Origin: Clostridia bacterium
GTDB lineage: Bacteria; Bacillota; Clostridia; Christensenellales; UBA3700
Length of the DNA: 46,115 bases
Direction of reading: 5' to 3'
NCBI GenBank assembly: GCA_016287155.1
Contig: JAEEWC010000051.1
Span: forward strand, 1 to 46,115
The translations under genes and the position numbers were made by a program. Under the pieces are notes generated by a model. It was not told where the DNA came from, searched no databases, and saw only the letters and a list, made by a program, of their open reading frames with translations. Positions 44,718 through 46,115 of the stretch are shown here, in pieces. Position 1 is the first letter of the stretch. Each line of letters begins with the position of its first letter.

Positions 44718-45569
44718 TTAATCGTAATCTACATTTATTGTAAACTCTGGCACTCCCCCAGCGCCATTATCTATAACACACACATTAATACTATTAATAC
44801 TTTTATCTTTGAGTTTTTCAGCTTCTCTATCGATACTCCTATTGTTCTCTATTAAATAACGAGTTGAGCTTAAACTATTCCCAGCGCATGACTCTCCTCG
44901 AATTGGAACATACACTTTACCATTCAACTTAAATATTGACAAGACATGGCACTTCCATAATCTCATAATATCAGCAGGTGAAGATATTTCAGGAACAGAA
45001 TCAGGAATCGCATCCTTAGCTTCAATTATTCCAACTTTTTCTAACCAATTTTCTTCCTCTAAGATTTTCAGGAAATCAACGTTTGCGAATTCGTCTCCGT
45101 TTAGATGATGTGTAACATCTAAAAATAATATTTCATTTTGCTGCTGACATATTAACAAATATGTATCACTTCTGTTTGAATGAAAATCACTTTTACAATC
45201 TGCAGTGGCCTCATTTAGGTGAAGATGCTTAATACCCCAATAATTCAACAGTTTATCGTCATTTGTTTTAAAAATAAATTTTGACAAATGTGAATTCATA
45301 TCCAAGCCATTCTCTAAATTATTCTTAAATAGTTCTACGAGTCCTCTTTTATCATCATCTAATTCTAAAAGATGACTATTCAAAACTGATGAATACGTTA
45401 CTTTATAATTTATAATTGGCAATCGCTTTTCTTTATAATCTTTAAAGCACAACATAGTAGTTTGGTATGAAGCATCTGAATTGATTTCATACTCATGAGC
45501 TATTAAATAATCAATTAATTCTTTGCAAACTTTTTCTTTTATTGACAATACAATTTCGGTTAATTCCAC
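44718..45569 (-). CDS. Hypothetical protein, possible YafO/RelE-like RNase core
   Basis: GTG start with AAGGAG SD; D.LLNYWGIKHLHL...RSDTYLL....ILFLDVTHH. Confidence 0.7.
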   Translation of the reverse strand: MELTEIVLSIKEKVCKELIDYLIAHEYEINSDASYQTTMLCFKDYKEKRLPIINYKVTYSSVLNSHLLELDDDKRGLVELFKNNLENGLDMNSHLSKFIFKTNDDKLLNYWGIKHLHLNEATADCKSDFHSNRSDTYLLICQQQNEILFLDVTHHLNGDEFANVDFLKILEEENWLEKVGIIEAKDAIPDSVPEISSPADIMRLWKCHVLSIFKLNGKVYVPIRGESCAGNSLSSTRYLIENNRSIDREAEKLKDKSINSINVCVIDNGAGGVPEFTINVDYD

Positions 45570-45658
45570 TTTTGTTCTACTCCTTTATTAAAATTGTAAT
45601 ATTTAGTTCTTAAATATAACAAAAATCTGCAAATATTTTTGGGGCTACAACATAAAAT

Positions 45659-45823
45659 TCAGCAGCCAACTTCTCTTGCAAGAGAAGTAATACTTATAGA
45701 TTCTTCTAGATACCTTTTTACTATTGCTATCTTTTCTTCTTTCGTAAACTTACTTCTTTTATCCATAAAAATACCTCCAAAGCTTTTACTTTTTCAAGCG
45801 TCCACTTTGGAGGTATCATATCA
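45659..45823 (-). mobile_element. IS3-family left-end remnant with truncated OrfA
   Basis: TG-starting end TGATATGATACCTCCAAAGTGGAC (45823-45800); 12-bp inverted repeat covering the SD; ORF 45766-45659 MDKRSKFTKEEKIAIVKRYLEESISITSLAREVGC* (transposase HTH). Confidence 0.75.
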
Positions 45824-45857
45824 TTTTGCCGGCTCTGCCGAAATTTAAGCATTATGC

Positions 45858-46115
45858 TTATTTACTTATATCATCAATGATTCTATCAAATTCTTCTTTA
45901 GAATATGTATCATCAATGATTAAGCTATACCATGTATCTTTTTGTTTAGGGAAAGCAGATAAGTTAATTTGCTTATGCTTTTTCTTTAATTCATTTGCAT
46001 ACTTTGTATTCATCTTCGCAAGAAGAATCATAGTTCCATCGATTTCGTATACATATGCAAAGCATATCTTCTTACCATCTTTTTCTACATAGTGTGTATC
46101 TGCAAGAGGAAGACC
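45858..46115 (-). CDS. 3' end of a gene entering from outside the window; YjbR/MmcQ-like C-terminal domain possible
   Basis: Open frame GLPLADTHY...ICFAYVYE...LKKKHKQINLSAFPK..TWYSLIIDDTYSKEEFDRIIDDISK*; absent from the ORF track because its start is off the window. Confidence 0.7.
   Translation of the reverse strand, partial: GLPLADTHYVEKDGKKICFAYVYEIDGTMILLAKMNTKYANELKKKHKQINLSAFPKQKDTWYSLIIDDTYSKEEFDRIIDDISK

Noticed and set aside
2220-46092. Numerous plus-strand ORFs and short nested minus-strand ORFs in the ORF track
   Set aside because: Nearly all lie antisense to or inside well-supported genes, lack recognisable motifs, and read as shadow frames.

Overview
AT-rich, Bacillota/Clostridia-like DNA in which every credible protein gene lies on the minus strand. 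There are three zones. (1) 1-5.7 kb is housekeeping: pcrA-ligA, then a PyrR-type attenuator, pyrC and the first codons of carB. (2) 5.7-34.0 kb is one tightly coupled ~28 kb operon and the most unusual part of the window. In transcription order it encodes: XRE-HTH/Zn-ribbon regulator, SPFH-like/Zn-ribbon protein, 304-aa helical protein, 190-aa Snf7/ESCRT-III-like protein, CbbX/SpoVK-family AAA+ ATPase with a MIT-like N-terminus, Zn-ribbon-TIR-DUF6273-like protein, SNF2-family helicase with large inserts, Cys-rich Zn protein, 2873-aa membrane-anchored repeat adhesin, 2246-aa BspA-type LRR membrane protein, and an aldo-keto reductase. I infer this is a candidate bacterial ESCRT-III-like membrane-remodelling system coupled to giant surface receptors and TIR/SNF2 modules. 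(3) 34-46 kb is a defence-island-like set of small units: NERD and PD-(D/E)xK nucleases, an RNase III with two dsRBDs, a DGQHR-nuclease/Dam-methylase operon, HEPN-like and YafO-like candidates, several strongly structured intergenic RNA candidates, decayed regulator genes and an IS3-family left-end remnant. All domain calls come from motif recognition by eye; no searches or folding programs were run.
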